The notes under the pieces: model-generated
What the model was told of the DNA's origin: nothing
Databases searched by the model: none
Seen by the model: the letters and a program-made list of their open reading frames with translations, nothing else
Shown here: positions 12,754 through 27,545 of the stretch, one piece after another
How the letters are laid out: the number at the start of each line of letters is the position of its first letter
Position numbering within the stretch: position 1 is the first letter of the stretch
Assembly: GCA_964247745.1 (NCBI GenBank)
Contig: CAXTVT010000003.1
Coordinates: forward strand, 23,835 to 87,834
Length of the DNA stretch: 64,000 bases
DNA from: an uncultured Beijerinckiaceae bacterium
GTDB taxonomy: Bacteria > Pseudomonadota > Alphaproteobacteria > Rhizobiales > Beijerinckiaceae
Direction of reading: 5' to 3'
Made by a program: the position numbers and the translations under genes

Positions 12754-14558
12754 TGCGCTCCAAACATTCGATGCCGTTCGGCGCCGACGCCGGGCAAGAA
12801 GGCGTACGCTTCGCCCTCTGGGCGCCTTCGGCCGAGAGCTGCGCTCTCGCGATCGGTGGCCGCAAGATGGCCATGGAGGCCGCGGGACAGGGATGGTTCA
12901 AGGCCAATGTCGCCGATGCGACGGCGGGTGAGCGTTACGGCTACGCGATCGACGGCGCCGACGATCTCGTGCCCGATCCGGTCTCCCGCTTCCAGGATGA
13001 CGACCTCGACCGCCGCTCGACGATCATCGATCCCTGCGCCTACCAGTGGCACGACGATGCCTGGAAGGGCCGCAGCTGGAACGAGGTGGTGCTCTGCGAG
13101 GTGCACCTCGGCGCGGCGACCCCGGAGGGCACCTACGCCGGGCTTGAGGCGAAGCTGCAGCATTTCGTCGACACCGGCATCACCGCGATCGAGCTGATGC
13201 CGATCGCCGAGACATCGGGGCGGCGCACCTGGGGCTACGACGGCGTGCTGCCGTTCTCGCCCAATAACGCCTACGGGACGCCCGACGAGCTCAAGCATCT
13301 GGTCGACACGGCCCACGGGCTCGGGCTGATGGTGTTCCTCGACGTGGTCTACAACCACTTCGGGCCGACGGGAAATTTCCTGCACGCCTACGCCAGGAGC
13401 TTCTTCACCGAGCGCCACGAGACGCCCTGGGGCGCCGGCATCAATTACGACGGCAAGAGCGAGGCGAGCGACGTGGTGCGCGAGTTCTTCGTGCAGAACG
13501 CGCTCTACTGGCTCGACGAGTACCATATCGACGGCCTGCGGTTCGACGCGGTGCACGCGATCCTCGACGACAGCCCCAAGCACTTCCTCGACGAGATGGC
13601 CGAGCGCATCCGCGAGACGTTTTCCGACCGCCACGTGCATCTCGTCCTCGAGAACGAGGCCAACGAGGCGCATCGCCTCGTGCGCGACGGCGATGGCTCG
13701 GCGGTGTCCTACGATGCGCAATGGGACGACGATATCCATCATTGCTGGCACGTTCTGCTGACCGGCGAGCACGAAGGCTATTACGGCGATTTCGGCGGCG
13801 ATACGGTGGGCCGGCTCGGGCGCTGCCTCGCGGAAGGCTTCGCCTACCAGGGCGATGCTTCGGAGAACCTCGGACGCAAGCGCGGCGAGAAGAGCAAGGG
13901 GCTGCCGCCGCAGGCCTTCGTCGCCTTCCTGCAGAACCACGACCAGATCGGCAACCGTGCGCTCGGCGAGCGCCTGACCGAACTGGCGGATGCGGACAAG
14001 CTGCGGCTGGCGCGTGCGGTGCTGCTGCTGTCGCCGCAGATCCCGATGCTGTTCATGGGCGACGAATGGGGTGCGAAGACCCGTTTCCAGTTCTTCGTCA
14101 ATTTCGAGCATGAGCCCGACCTCGAGGAGGCGATCCGAAAGGGCCGTGCCAAGGAATTCGAGAAGTTCGAATCGTTCGGATCCGAGGTTCCCGACCCCAC
14201 CGCGGCGGAGACCTTCGAGTGCTCACGCCTCGACTGGAGCGAGGTCGCGCAGGCGGGCTTCAAGGCCATTCTCGACGAGACCCGCGCGCTGCTGGCACTG
14301 CGACAGCGCGATATCGTGCCCTTGATGGCGAGCGCCTTCATCGACGCGACATACGAGCGTCACGGCAGTGGCGGTCTCGAGGTGGCATGGCGCTTCGAAG
14401 CCGGCATCCTCCGCATGGTCGCGAATTTCGCAGACACTGCCCAGTCGTTCGACGCGGCGCCGGACGAAACGGAGATCTGGCGCAGCCACGGCCTGGCGGC
14501 CGATGCGTCGAGCCTCGGTCCGTGGCAGGCGCGCCTGACCAGAAACGACGCGCCATGA
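12750..14558 (+). CDS. treZ: Malto-oligosyltrehalose trehalohydrolase
   Basis: FALWAP, WGYDGV, DGLRFDAVHAI, QNHDQIGNR motifs; ATGA overlap with glgX. Confidence 0.95.
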   Translation: MMRSKHSMPFGADAGQEGVRFALWAPSAESCALAIGGRKMAMEAAGQGWFKANVADATAGERYGYAIDGADDLVPDPVSRFQDDDLDRRSTIIDPCAYQWHDDAWKGRSWNEVVLCEVHLGAATPEGTYAGLEAKLQHFVDTGITAIELMPIAETSGRRTWGYDGVLPFSPNNAYGTPDELKHLVDTAHGLGLMVFLDVVYNHFGPTGNFLHAYARSFFTERHETPWGAGINYDGKSEASDVVREFFVQNALYWLDEYHIDGLRFDAVHAILDDSPKHFLDEMAERIRETFSDRHVHLVLENEANEAHRLVRDGDGSAVSYDAQWDDDIHHCWHVLLTGEHEGYYGDFGGDTVGRLGRCLAEGFAYQGDASENLGRKRGEKSKGLPPQAFVAFLQNHDQIGNRALGERLTELADADKLRLARAVLLLSPQIPMLFMGDEWGAKTRFQFFVNFEHEPDLEEAIRKGRAKEFEKFESFGSEVPDPTAAETFECSRLDWSEVAQAGFKAILDETRALLALRQRDIVPLMASAFIDATYERHGSGGLEVAWRFEAGILRMVANFADTAQSFDAAPDETEIWRSHGLAADASSLGPWQARLTRNDAP

Positions 14559-17500
14559 GCGACGACCTTCTCTATGACCTCGCCGCGCGGGCTGGCCTCG
14601 AGCGGGGCTTCCGGGATGCCCGCGGCTTGCGAGTCGAGACCCCCACGCACGCCATCGCCGTCGTTATGGAACGGCTCGGCTACGCGGTCTCCGACGAGTC
14701 GAGCCGCAAGCGGACGCGCGACGAGCTGCAGAAGGACGCGGATCGCCTGGTCAAGGCGACCGTGCCCATCGAGGCGGACTCGAGGGCGCTTATCGCCGTG
14801 CGTTGCGATGGGCCCGTCTCGTTCCGCATCGAGCTGGAGGATGGCTCGGTGCGCGACGGCGGGGGCGGTGTCGAGCACGGCCGACTGACCCTTGAAGCGC
14901 TCCCCGAGGGCTACCACCGGCTCCATCTCGAGGCCGACGGCCGGCGCGAGAGCGCGACACTCGTCTGCGCTCCGCCGCGCTGTTTTCTTCCGGCCGCGCT
15001 CCACGGCGATGCTCGTGGCTACGGCATCACCGCCCAGGTCTACGGGCTGCGCTCGGCCGGCAATTTCGGCATCGGCGACCTCGGCGACATCGCCGAATTG
15101 GGGGAGGGCGCCGGCCAGTTCGGCGCGGCGTTCCTCGGGCTGTCGCCGTTGCACGCGCTGTTCCCGACCGACCGCGACAAGATTTCGCCCTACTCCCCCT
15201 CGTCGCGGCTGTTCATCGATCCGATCTTCATCGACCTGAATCAGCTGCCGGATTTCGCCGGCAGCGAAGCCGCACGCTTCCTCGCCGAGCCGGCCAACGC
15301 CAAGGAGCTCGATCGCCTCCGCGACACGGACCTCGTCGACCACGCCGGCGCCTGGACGTTGAAGCGCGCCGCGCTGGGGCGCTACTGGTCCCGCGTCGCC
15401 AACGGCACCGATCCAGCCTTCGCTGCCTTTCGCGCCGAGATGGGCGAACCGCTCGAGCTGCATGCCACCTTCGAGGCCCTTTCCGAGCATTTCTCCGCCG
15501 AGGGCAAGGCCTGGGTGGGCGCTTGGCCGGACGCTTACAGGGAAGCGAGCGGCGAGGCCGTGCGGCAATGGCGCGACGCCAACCCGATGAAGGTCGCGTT
15601 CCACGCCTGGCTGCAGTGGGTGGCCGACAGCCAGCTCGCCGGCGCGCAGGAGCGAGCGCTGGCCTCCGGCATGGCGGTCGGGCTCTATCGCGATCTGGCG
15701 GTCGGCTGCGACAAGGCCGGTGGCGAGCTTTGGGCGCGGCCGGACTGGTTCGTTCCCGACGTCGCCGTCGGCGCGCCGCCGGACCTGCTCGGCCCCAACG
15801 GGCAGAACTGGGGTTTGCCGCCATTCAACCCGCGGACGCTCGAGGAGCAGCAGCTTCTCGCCTTCCGGACCCTGGTGCGCCTCAACATGCGCCACGCCGG
15901 GGCCATCCGCATCGATCACGCCTTCCAGATCCAGCGCCTCTACGTCGTGCCGGACGGTCTGGACGGGACCGAGGGCGTCTACATGAACTACCCGTTCGAG
16001 GCGATGCTCGCGGTGCTGCGCATCGAGAGCCATCGCGCCCGCGCACTGGTCATCGCCGAGGACCTCGGCACGGCGCCGGAAGGTTTCTCCGACGCGATCA
16101 TGGGCTCGGACATCCTGAGCTACCGCATCATGTCGTTCGAACGCGAGGGCGCGGTCTTCAAGGCGCCGTCGGCCTATCCCCGCAAGGCGCTGGCCGCCGT
16201 CGCCACGCACGACCTGCCGACGTTCGCCGGATGGTGGAAGGGCCTCGATACGGAGCTACGCGAGACGTTCGAGATCTACACGCCGCAGCAAGCCGCCAAG
16301 GAGCGCGGGGATCGCGTCGTCGATCTCGTCGAGTTCGCCAAAGCGCTGCACCGCGCCGGCATCGACAAGTCCGACGCCGTCCCGGTCGATCCGCCGTTCG
16401 AGGCGGCCATCCGGTTCGTCGCCAAGACACCTTCGATGCTGGTCGCGCTCCAGCTTGAGGACGTGCTGGCCGAAACCGACCAAGCCAACCTGCCCGGCCC
16501 CGACCTGGGGCACCCCAACTGGAGACGTAAGCTGCGCCGCACGATCGACGGCATCCTCGCGCCCGGTGGGCCTCTGGCGCGCGCAGGCGCCGCCATCCTC
16601 GACGAGGGACGCGTCACGGGAGGCACCGCGCCGCGGGTCACCTGGCCTGTCCCCACATCCACTTACCGGCTGCAGTTCCACAAGGACTTCACCTTCGCCG
16701 ATGCGCAGAAGGCGCTGCCGTTCATCAGGAGATTGGGCGTCAGCCACGTCTATTGCTCGCCGATCCTGATGGCGCGTCCCGGTTCGACCCACGGCTACGA
16801 CACGGTCGATCCCACGAAGATCAATCCCGAGCTGGGCGGCCTCGAGGCCTTCGAGCGCTTCGCCGGCGCGGTGAGGGACGAGGGGATGGGGCTGCTCCTC
16901 GACATCGTCCCCAACCACATGGGTGTCGGCGGGTCCGACAATCCGTGGTGGCTGTCGGTGCTCGAATGGGGCGACCTCTCGCCCTATGCCGACACGTTCG
17001 ACATCGACTGGGAGCGCCTGGGCGCCCACGGCAAGCTGGTGGCGCCCAACCTCGGCGCTCAATATGGCGAGACGCTGGAAAAGGGTGACCTCAAGCTCGG
17101 GTTCGACGGCGACACCGGCGCCTTTGCCGTCACGTTCTTCGAGCACACGTTCCCGGTCTGCCCGCTGACCTACCCCGACATCCTCGACCGCGCCGTCGCG
17201 GTCGACGCGTCGGAGGGTGGCGAGGGCATCGACGGCCTGCTGCGCGTCGCCGAGGAGCTGCGCGCGCTCGCATCCGAGCCCGAACATCGCCGAGGCGACG
17301 TCGTCGCCACCTGCGAGAAGCTCAAGCATCGGCTTGCCGTCCTGGCGAAACGCGGCACGGTCGCCGCAACGCTGGAGCAGGCCGTGGCCGTCTTCAACGG
17401 TACGCCGGGCGTCCCCGAAAGCTTCGGCGCGATGCACCGCCTGCTGGAGCGGCAGAGCTATCGGCTGTCCTACTGGCGAGTCGCGGCGAGCGACGTGAAC

Positions 17501-19396
17501 TATCGGCGTTTCTTCGATATCGACAGCCTCGCCGGCGTGCGGATCGAGAATCCGGCCGTTTTCGAGCGCACCCACGCGCTCATCTTCGACCTGGTGCATC
17601 GCGGCCTGATCCAGGGCCTGCGCATCGACCATATCGACGGCCTCGCCGATCCGAAGGCCTACGCGAGCGCCCTGCAACGCGCGATCGGCCCGAACTTCTA
17701 CGTCGTCGCCGAGAAGATCCTGGAGCCGGGCGAGGCGCTGCGGCCCTGGGCGCTGTCGGGCACCACCGGCTACGAGATGCTGAACTTCATCGACGGCGTC
17801 TTCGTCGACGGTAGCCAGGAGCGCAGCTTCGATCGGCTGTATCGCGAGACCACCGGTTTTGCCGGCACCTACGAGGACGCTCTGCTCGCCGCGAAGCGAC
17901 AGGTGCTGCTGGAAAGCTTCTCGTCGGAGCTGGAAAGCCTGGTCTCCGACATGAAGCGCATCGCCGACGCCAACAGGCTGACGCGCGACTACAGCGTCAA
18001 CGCGATCCGCGTCGCGCTCGGCGATTGCGTCTGCGCCTTCCCGGTCTATCGCACCTACATCACGCCGCGGACGCTGGAGAGCCAGGACCGCAGGTTGCTC
18101 GACGGGGTCCTGGCGCATGCCAAGTCCATCACCGCGTTGCCGGAGCGCAGCGTGCACGACTTCATCGGTTCGGTCCTCCTCGGCACGCTTCCGATGGGCC
18201 GACCGGGCCGCGCCTCGGCCGCGCTCATCGAGCGTTTCCGCACGCGCTTCCAGCAGCTCACCGGTCCGGTCATGGCCAAGAGCCTGGAGGACACGCTGTT
18301 CTATCGCTACGCGCGCTTCCTCGCGCTGAACGAGGTCGGTGGCGAACCGAGCCGCTTCGGCGTGCCGCTGGCGGAATTCCACGCCAACAATGCGGAGCGG
18401 GCCGAGACCTGGCCCGTGGCACTGACGACGTCCTCGACGCACGACACCAAGCGCGGCGAGGATGCGCGCGCCCGTCTCCTGGCGATGTCCGAGGCGCCCG
18501 ACCTTTGGGCGCAGGCGCTGGCTGTGTGGAAGGCCGAGGTCGGGACCATCGAGGCACCCGACACCAACGACCAGTACATGTTCCTGCAGGCGCTGATCGG
18601 CGTCTGGCCGATCGAGCTGCTGGAGACAGACGATGCGGCGATCCTCTCCGATTTGCGCGAGCGCTTCGACGCCTATGTGTCGAAGGCGCTGCGTGAGGCC
18701 AAGCGACACTCCAAGTGGATCGAGCCCAACGAGGAATACGAGAAGGCCACCACCGACCTGATCGGTGGCCTTCTCGTGGAGGGCTCGCGCTTCGTCGCGC
18801 GGCTACGGCCCATTTTGCAGGAGATCGCCCGGCGCGGCATGCTGGTCTCGCTCGCCCGCACCATCCTGAAGTGCACGGTACCCGGCGTGCCGGACTTCTA
18901 CCAGGGCACCGGGCTGTTCGACTTCTCGCTGGTCGATCCCGACAACCGCCGGCCGGTCGATTACGCGCAGCGCGCCTCCATTCTCAAGGATGGCGAGTCG
19001 CTGGAAGACCTCCTGCGACATTGGCAGGACGGCGCGATCAAGCTGCGGCTCGCTTCCGATCTGCTGCGTGACCGTCGCGAGCACGCGCCATTCTACGCCG
19101 ACGCCGATTACGCGGCCTTGCCGGTCAGCGGTGCCAAAGCGGAGAAGCTGGTCGCGTTCGTCCGCCGCGGCCAAAGCCATCGGCTCGCGGTGGTCGTGCC
19201 GCGGCTCGCCGGCGCGGGCACGACGACGGCGGCATCACCCGTCGGCAAAGATTTCTGGGGCGAGACCACGATCGAGCTTCCTCCCGGCGAGTGGCACGAC
19301 CTCTTCGAGGGGCGCGCTGTCGTCTCGAACGGCCACGTCGAGGCCGGCGCGCTGCTCGATCGCCTCCCCTTCGCGGTTCTGAGGATGCCGGGATGA
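14555..19396 (+). CDS. treY: Fused 4-alpha-glucanotransferase (MalQ, N-terminal) / malto-oligosyltrehalose synthase (TreY, C-terminal)
   Basis: Single frame of 1613 aa from ATG 14555. MalQ motifs SPYSPSSR, RIDH, IAEDLG, THDLPT, NLPG...HPNWRR; TreY motifs TYRLQF, GSTHGYD, DIVPNHM, YRRFFDI, LRIDHIDGL, STHDTKRGED, PGVPDFYQG. Confidence 0.93.
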   Translation: MSDDLLYDLAARAGLERGFRDARGLRVETPTHAIAVVMERLGYAVSDESSRKRTRDELQKDADRLVKATVPIEADSRALIAVRCDGPVSFRIELEDGSVRDGGGGVEHGRLTLEALPEGYHRLHLEADGRRESATLVCAPPRCFLPAALHGDARGYGITAQVYGLRSAGNFGIGDLGDIAELGEGAGQFGAAFLGLSPLHALFPTDRDKISPYSPSSRLFIDPIFIDLNQLPDFAGSEAARFLAEPANAKELDRLRDTDLVDHAGAWTLKRAALGRYWSRVANGTDPAFAAFRAEMGEPLELHATFEALSEHFSAEGKAWVGAWPDAYREASGEAVRQWRDANPMKVAFHAWLQWVADSQLAGAQERALASGMAVGLYRDLAVGCDKAGGELWARPDWFVPDVAVGAPPDLLGPNGQNWGLPPFNPRTLEEQQLLAFRTLVRLNMRHAGAIRIDHAFQIQRLYVVPDGLDGTEGVYMNYPFEAMLAVLRIESHRARALVIAEDLGTAPEGFSDAIMGSDILSYRIMSFEREGAVFKAPSAYPRKALAAVATHDLPTFAGWWKGLDTELRETFEIYTPQQAAKERGDRVVDLVEFAKALHRAGIDKSDAVPVDPPFEAAIRFVAKTPSMLVALQLEDVLAETDQANLPGPDLGHPNWRRKLRRTIDGILAPGGPLARAGAAILDEGRVTGGTAPRVTWPVPTSTYRLQFHKDFTFADAQKALPFIRRLGVSHVYCSPILMARPGSTHGYDTVDPTKINPELGGLEAFERFAGAVRDEGMGLLLDIVPNHMGVGGSDNPWWLSVLEWGDLSPYADTFDIDWERLGAHGKLVAPNLGAQYGETLEKGDLKLGFDGDTGAFAVTFFEHTFPVCPLTYPDILDRAVAVDASEGGEGIDGLLRVAEELRALASEPEHRRGDVVATCEKLKHRLAVLAKRGTVAATLEQAVAVFNGTPGVPESFGAMHRLLERQSYRLSYWRVAASDVNYRRFFDIDSLAGVRIENPAVFERTHALIFDLVHRGLIQGLRIDHIDGLADPKAYASALQRAIGPNFYVVAEKILEPGEALRPWALSGTTGYEMLNFIDGVFVDGSQERSFDRLYRETTGFAGTYEDALLAAKRQVLLESFSSELESLVSDMKRIADANRLTRDYSVNAIRVALGDCVCAFPVYRTYITPRTLESQDRRLLDGVLAHAKSITALPERSVHDFIGSVLLGTLPMGRPGRASAALIERFRTRFQQLTGPVMAKSLEDTLFYRYARFLALNEVGGEPSRFGVPLAEFHANNAERAETWPVALTTSSTHDTKRGEDARARLLAMSEAPDLWAQALAVWKAEVGTIEAPDTNDQYMFLQALIGVWPIELLETDDAAILSDLRERFDAYVSKALREAKRHSKWIEPNEEYEKATTDLIGGLLVEGSRFVARLRPILQEIARRGMLVSLARTILKCTVPGVPDFYQGTGLFDFSLVDPDNRRPVDYAQRASILKDGESLEDLLRHWQDGAIKLRLASDLLRDRREHAPFYADADYAALPVSGAKAEKLVAFVRRGQSHRLAVVVPRLAGAGTTTAASPVGKDFWGETTIELPPGEWHDLFEGRAVVSNGHVEAGALLDRLPFAVLRMPG

Positions 19397-21473
19397 GCGA
19401 CAAGGACAAGAAGGCGACCAAGAAACACAAGCACGGAGACGATCACATGACCGTCGAGACCAAGACCAGAGCGCTGGCCACCGGCGCCATGGCGGATATC
19501 GAGCGCAAGCCGGCCAAGGTCGGAGCCGGGCGCGTCGTCATCGAGGACGTCACGCCCGAACTCGACGGCGGCCGCCATCCGGTCAAGGTCGTCGTCGGGG
19601 ATCTCGTCACCGTCGACGCCACCGTCTTCACCGACGGTCACGAGAAGATCGCCTGCGACGTGCTGTGGCGGCCGATCGACCAGATCGACTGGAACCGCGT
19701 CCCGATGACCTTCCTCGGCAACGACAGGTACGCGGCAAGCTTCGTGCCCTCGCGCAACATCCGCCATCTCTACACCGTGGAAGGCTGGCGGGACCCGTTC
19801 GCCTCCTTGCTCGACGGCATCGTCAAGAAGCGCGCCGCCGGCCAGGAACTGTCCGTCGAGGGCAGCGAGGCCGTGACGCTGGTGGGAGAGGCTGATCCCA
19901 AAGGCGCGCAGAAGCGCCAGCACAAGACGCTCGTCACCAGGCTCGAGAGGTGCAGCGACGGTTCGCCGGAGCAGCTCGACCTCATCGCCGAAGGCGACAC
20001 GCGGACGCTGATGGCCAAGGCCGGCCCGCGCCACCAGACCTCGCGCTACGATCGCGAACTGACGCTGGTCGTCGATCGCAAGGCGGCGATCTTCTCGGCG
20101 TGGTACGAGCTGTTCCCGCGCTCGATCACCGACGATTCCAAGCGCCACGGCACCTTCCGCGACGTGATCGACCACCTGCCCTACGTGCAGTCGATGGGGT
20201 TCGACGTGCTGTACTTTCCGCCGATCAGCCCGATCGGCCAGAAGAACCGCAAGGGCAAGAACAACACGCTGACGCCGACCGAGGACGACGTCGGCTCGGT
20301 CTATGGCATCGGCTCGCCCGACGGCGGACACGATGCCATCCATCCCGAGCTGGGTGCGATCGAGGATTTCCGCGCGCTCGTCACCGCGGCCAAGGACCAT
20401 GGCCTCGAGATCGCGCTCGATTTCGCCATCCAGTGTTCGCAGGACCATCCCTGGATCAAGGAGCATCCGGAATGGTTCGTGTGGCGGCCCGACGGCACGA
20501 TCCAATACGCCGAAAACCCGCCCAAGAAGTACCAGGACATCGTCAACGTCGACTTCTACCGCCCCGGCGCGCTGCCCGATCTGTGGGAGGAACTGCGCGA
20601 CAACATGCTGTTCTGGGTGCGCGAGGGCGTCCGCATCCTGCGCATCGACAACCCGCACACCAAGCCGATCCCGTTCTGGCGTTGGGTCATCGCCGAGATC
20701 AACACCAAATATCCCGACGTGATCTTCCTCGCGGAAGCCTTCACGCGGCCGCCGATGATGAAGCAGCTCGCCAAGGTCGGCTACCAGCAGTCCTACACCT
20801 ACTTCACGTGGCGCAACGAGAAGTGGGAGATCGAGCAATACATGACCGAGCTCTCCGGCGCGATGGGCGAGTACTACCGGCCCAATTTCTTCGTCAACAC
20901 GCCGGACATCAACCCGGTCTTTCTTCAGGAGAGCGGACGCGCCGGGCACCTCGTGCGCGCCACCCTGGCTGCCACGCTGTCGAGCAACTGGGGGGTCTAT
21001 TCCGGCTTCGAGCTATGCGAGGCTCGTCCCCTGCCCGGACGCGAGGAATATCTCGACTCGGAGAAGTACGAGATCCGCGTGTGGGACTACGATCGCCCCG
21101 GTAACATACGGGACTACATCCGCCGCCTCAACGAGATCCGCCGCGCCCATCCCGCGCTGCACGATTTCCGCAACTATCTCCGGCTCGCCGCCACCAACGA
21201 CAACATCATCGCCTATGCGAAGTTTTCGCGGGACAAGAGCGACTGCATCCTCGTCCTCGTGAACCTCGATCCGCACAATCGCCAGGATTGTGCGTATGAG
21301 GTGCCGCTGTGGGAGTGGGGGCTCGGCGACGATGCCTCGGTCGACGTCGAGGACCTGCTCGGCGGCTATCGATTCACTCTCTACGGCAAGACCCATCAGA
21401 TCGCGCTCGACCCGTTCGAGCGCTCCGCCGTGATCTGGCGCCTCGCGCCACCGGCGGATTGGAAAGGCGGACG

Positions 21474-21477
<4 letters not shown>
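19393..21477 (+). CDS. glgE: Alpha-1,4-glucan:maltose-1-phosphate maltosyltransferase
   Basis: AWYELFPRS, YAENPPKKYQDI, RIDNPHTKP, FLAEAFTRP, FVNTPDI; ATGA overlap at 19393. Confidence 0.96.
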
Positions 21478-24727
<3,250 letters not shown>

Positions 24728-24731
<4 letters not shown>

Positions 24732-26959
24732 CGGCTCACCACGACACGACGCACGAGGCCCCGCCGGTCGGCGAAGCCGTCGACCGCGGCGCCGTGGAGG
24801 CCATCGTGTCCGCCGCTCACGGCGATCCGTTCGCCATCCTCGGCCCGCACGAGGTCGCGCCCGGCGTGTGGGACATCCGCGCCTTCATCCCCTGGGGCGA
24901 CGAGGTCGAGCTTCTCGCCTACCATTCGGACGATGTGATCGCGCCGTTCCAGAGCGTGCATCCCGCCGGCTTGCGCGTCGCCCGCATCGAGGCACCGGAG
25001 CGCCCGGGCTACCGCATCAAGATCACGAAGGACGGCTTCGGCCACGTGCTCCACGATCCCTACGCGCTCGGCTCCGCTTTGGCCGACTACGACATCGCCG
25101 CGATCACGCACTCCAACGACACGGTGTTCTACTACATCTTCGGCGCGCACCCGATCCGGCACGGCAACGTCCAAGGCATGCGCTTCGTCGTGTGGGCGCC
25201 GAGCGCCCGCAACGTCAGCGTCACCGGCGACTTCAACGACTGGGACGGGCGACGCCACCCCATGCGGGCGCATTCCGATGTCGGCGTGTGGGAGATCTTC
25301 ATCCCCGGCGTCGGCGTCGGCGCGCGATACAAGTTCCAGATCAAAGGGCCGAACGGCGAGACCGTGCCGGCGAAAGCCGATCCGGTCGCCTTCCAGGCCG
25401 AGCATCCGCCGCAGACCGCCTCGGTCGCGCACGGCCTGCCACGCTACGATTGGCAGGACGGCGATTGGATGACCAAGCGCGGGGCCGTCGACGACCGCGC
25501 CAAGCCGATCTCCATCTACGAGTGCCATCTCGGTTCGTGGCGGCGCATGCCCGGTGAGGGAAACCGGCGGCTCACCTATCGCGAGTTGGCTGATACGCTG
25601 GTTCCCTACTGCAAGGACATGAGCTTCACGCACATCGAGATGCTGCCGATCACGGAATTCCCGTTCGACGGCTCCTGGGGCTATCAGCCGGTGTCGATGT
25701 TCGCGCCGACCAGCCGCTTCGGTACCCCGGAGGATTTCTCCTATTTCGTCGACAAGACGCACGAGGCCGGGCTCGGCCTGATCCTCGACTGGGTGCCGGC
25801 GCATTTCCCCAACGACGCGCACGGCCTCGCCAGCTTCGACGGCACGCATCTCTACGAGCATGCCGACCCCCGCCAGGGCTTCCACCAGGATTGGGGCACC
25901 TACATCTACAATTGCGGGCGCCGCGAGGTGCAGGCGTTCCTGATCGCCAACGCGCGCTTCTGGCTCGACCAATATCATCTGGACGGCCTGCGCGTGGACG
26001 CGGTGGCGTCGATGCTCTACCTCGACTATTCGCGCAAGGCCAACGAGTGGGTGCCCAACCAGTACGGCGGCAACGAGAACCTCGAAGCCATCGCGTTCCT
26101 GCGCAAGATGAACGAGGTGGCCTACCAGGCGGCTCCGGGCGTCATGACCATCGCCGAGGAATCGACGTCATGGCCGGGCGTCTCGCAGCCGACCTACAAC
26201 GGCGGCCTCGGTTTCGGCTTCAAGTGGAACATGGGCTGGATGCACGACACGCTGCATTACATCCAGGAGGATCCGGTCAATCGTTCGTATCATCACAGCC
26301 AGATGACCTTCGGGCTGCTCTACGCCTTCTCGGAGAACTTCATCCTGCCGATCAGCCACGACGAGGTCGTGCACGGCAAGGGGTCGTTGCTCGATCGCAT
26401 GCCGGGCGACGAGTGGCAGCGTTTCGCCAACCTGCGGGCGTATCTCGGCTGGATGTTCGCTCATCCCGGCAAGAAGCTCCTCTTCATGGGCTGCGAATTC
26501 GCCCAAGCCAAGGAGTGGAACCACGATGCCTCGCTCGACTGGCACCTGCTCGAGCAGCCCAACCACAAAGGCATCCAGAGCCTCGTGCGCGACCTCAACC
26601 ATAAATATTGCGCGACGCCCGCGCTGCACGAGCGCGATTGCGAGGCGGAAGGCTTCAAGTGGCTGATCGGCGGCGACACAGAGAACAGCGTGTTCGCCTT
26701 CGCCCGCTTCGGGGCGCACGGCGACCTCGCCGTGGCGATCTCGAACTTCACGCCGGTCCCGCGCACGAACTACCGGGTCGGCGTGCCGAAGGCCGGCTTC
26801 TTCAAGGAATCGGTCAACACCGATGCCGCGATCTACGGCGGCAGCAATCTCGGCAACATGGGCGGCGTCCATAGCGAGGAGATCGGCGTGCACGGGGAAA
26901 CCCAGTCGGTCGTGCTGACCCTGCCGCCGCTGTCGACCCTCATCCTCACATACGAGTAG
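24728..26959 (+). CDS. glgB: 1,4-alpha-glucan branching enzyme
   Basis: HGDPFAILGPH, FVVWAPSA, SWGYQP, DGLRVDAVASMLYLDYSR, AEESTSWPG, SHDEVVHGK; ATGA overlap at 24728. Confidence 0.97.
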
Positions 26960-26960
26960 G

Positions 26961-27221
26961 TCAGGCGGCGCGGTCGAGCCGTCGCTTCGCGGCCTCGACC
27001 GCGACCTGGGCCGCGCGCCCGACGAGGTGGGTCTCGTCGTGCGTCCTCAGCCATTCGAGGAGGCAGGCGACCGCGTCGTCCTCGTCCTGCGCAGCGAAGG
27101 AGAGGCCGATCACCGACCCGTCGGGTTCGCGCCTCTCGACGATCCAGCATTGCCGCCGCGAGGAAAACCACATGTCGATGGTGTGGACACCCTCGATGCC
27201 TTCGATGCCGACGATCTCCAC
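26961..27221 (-). CDS. Hypothetical protein (86 aa)
   Basis: GTG start at 27221 with a GGAGA RBS; MEIVGIEGIEGVHTIDMWFSSRRQCWIVERREPDGSVIG...; fills the gap between glgB and the tRNA. Confidence 0.5.
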   Translation of the reverse strand: MEIVGIEGIEGVHTIDMWFSSRRQCWIVERREPDGSVIGLSFAAQDEDDAVACLLEWLRTHDETHLVGRAAQVAVEAAKRRLDRAA

Positions 27222-27413
27222 GGCGTTCTCCGTCCCTTCGCGCGCCCTTGCGGCGCTCGCTTGGCACTGACCGTTCCCTCGGCGACGCTCTCGGGCAAGG
27301 CTTCGGCCGCTCTCGACGGGCTTTGCGCTGTGATTATCACAGGTGATTTCACGGACGCGGGCACGCGGCTCCTGCTGGACCGCGCGGACGACGCATGGCA
27401 TGACGTCGCCCAC

Positions 27414-27500
27414 GCGGGCGTGGTGGAATTGGTAGACGCGCCGGACTCAAAATCCGGTTCTGGTGACAGAGTGTCGGTTCGATTCCGACCGCCCGCACCA
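27414..27500 (+). tRNA. tRNA-Leu (anticodon CAA)
   Basis: GCGGGCG/CGCCCGC acceptor stem, D-loop TGGTAGAC, anticodon arm CCGGA-CTCAAAA-TCCGG, long variable arm, T-loop GTTCGATTC, encoded CCA. Confidence 0.97.
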
Positions 27501-27545
27501 TCCGGCATCCGGTGGATCGCCGCATTCGTCGCCTAGACAAGCCGG

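Noticed and set aside
27414-27545. tRNA-Leu as an integration site for a genomic island
   Set aside because: No integrase, and no duplicated tRNA 3' end was seen elsewhere in the window.
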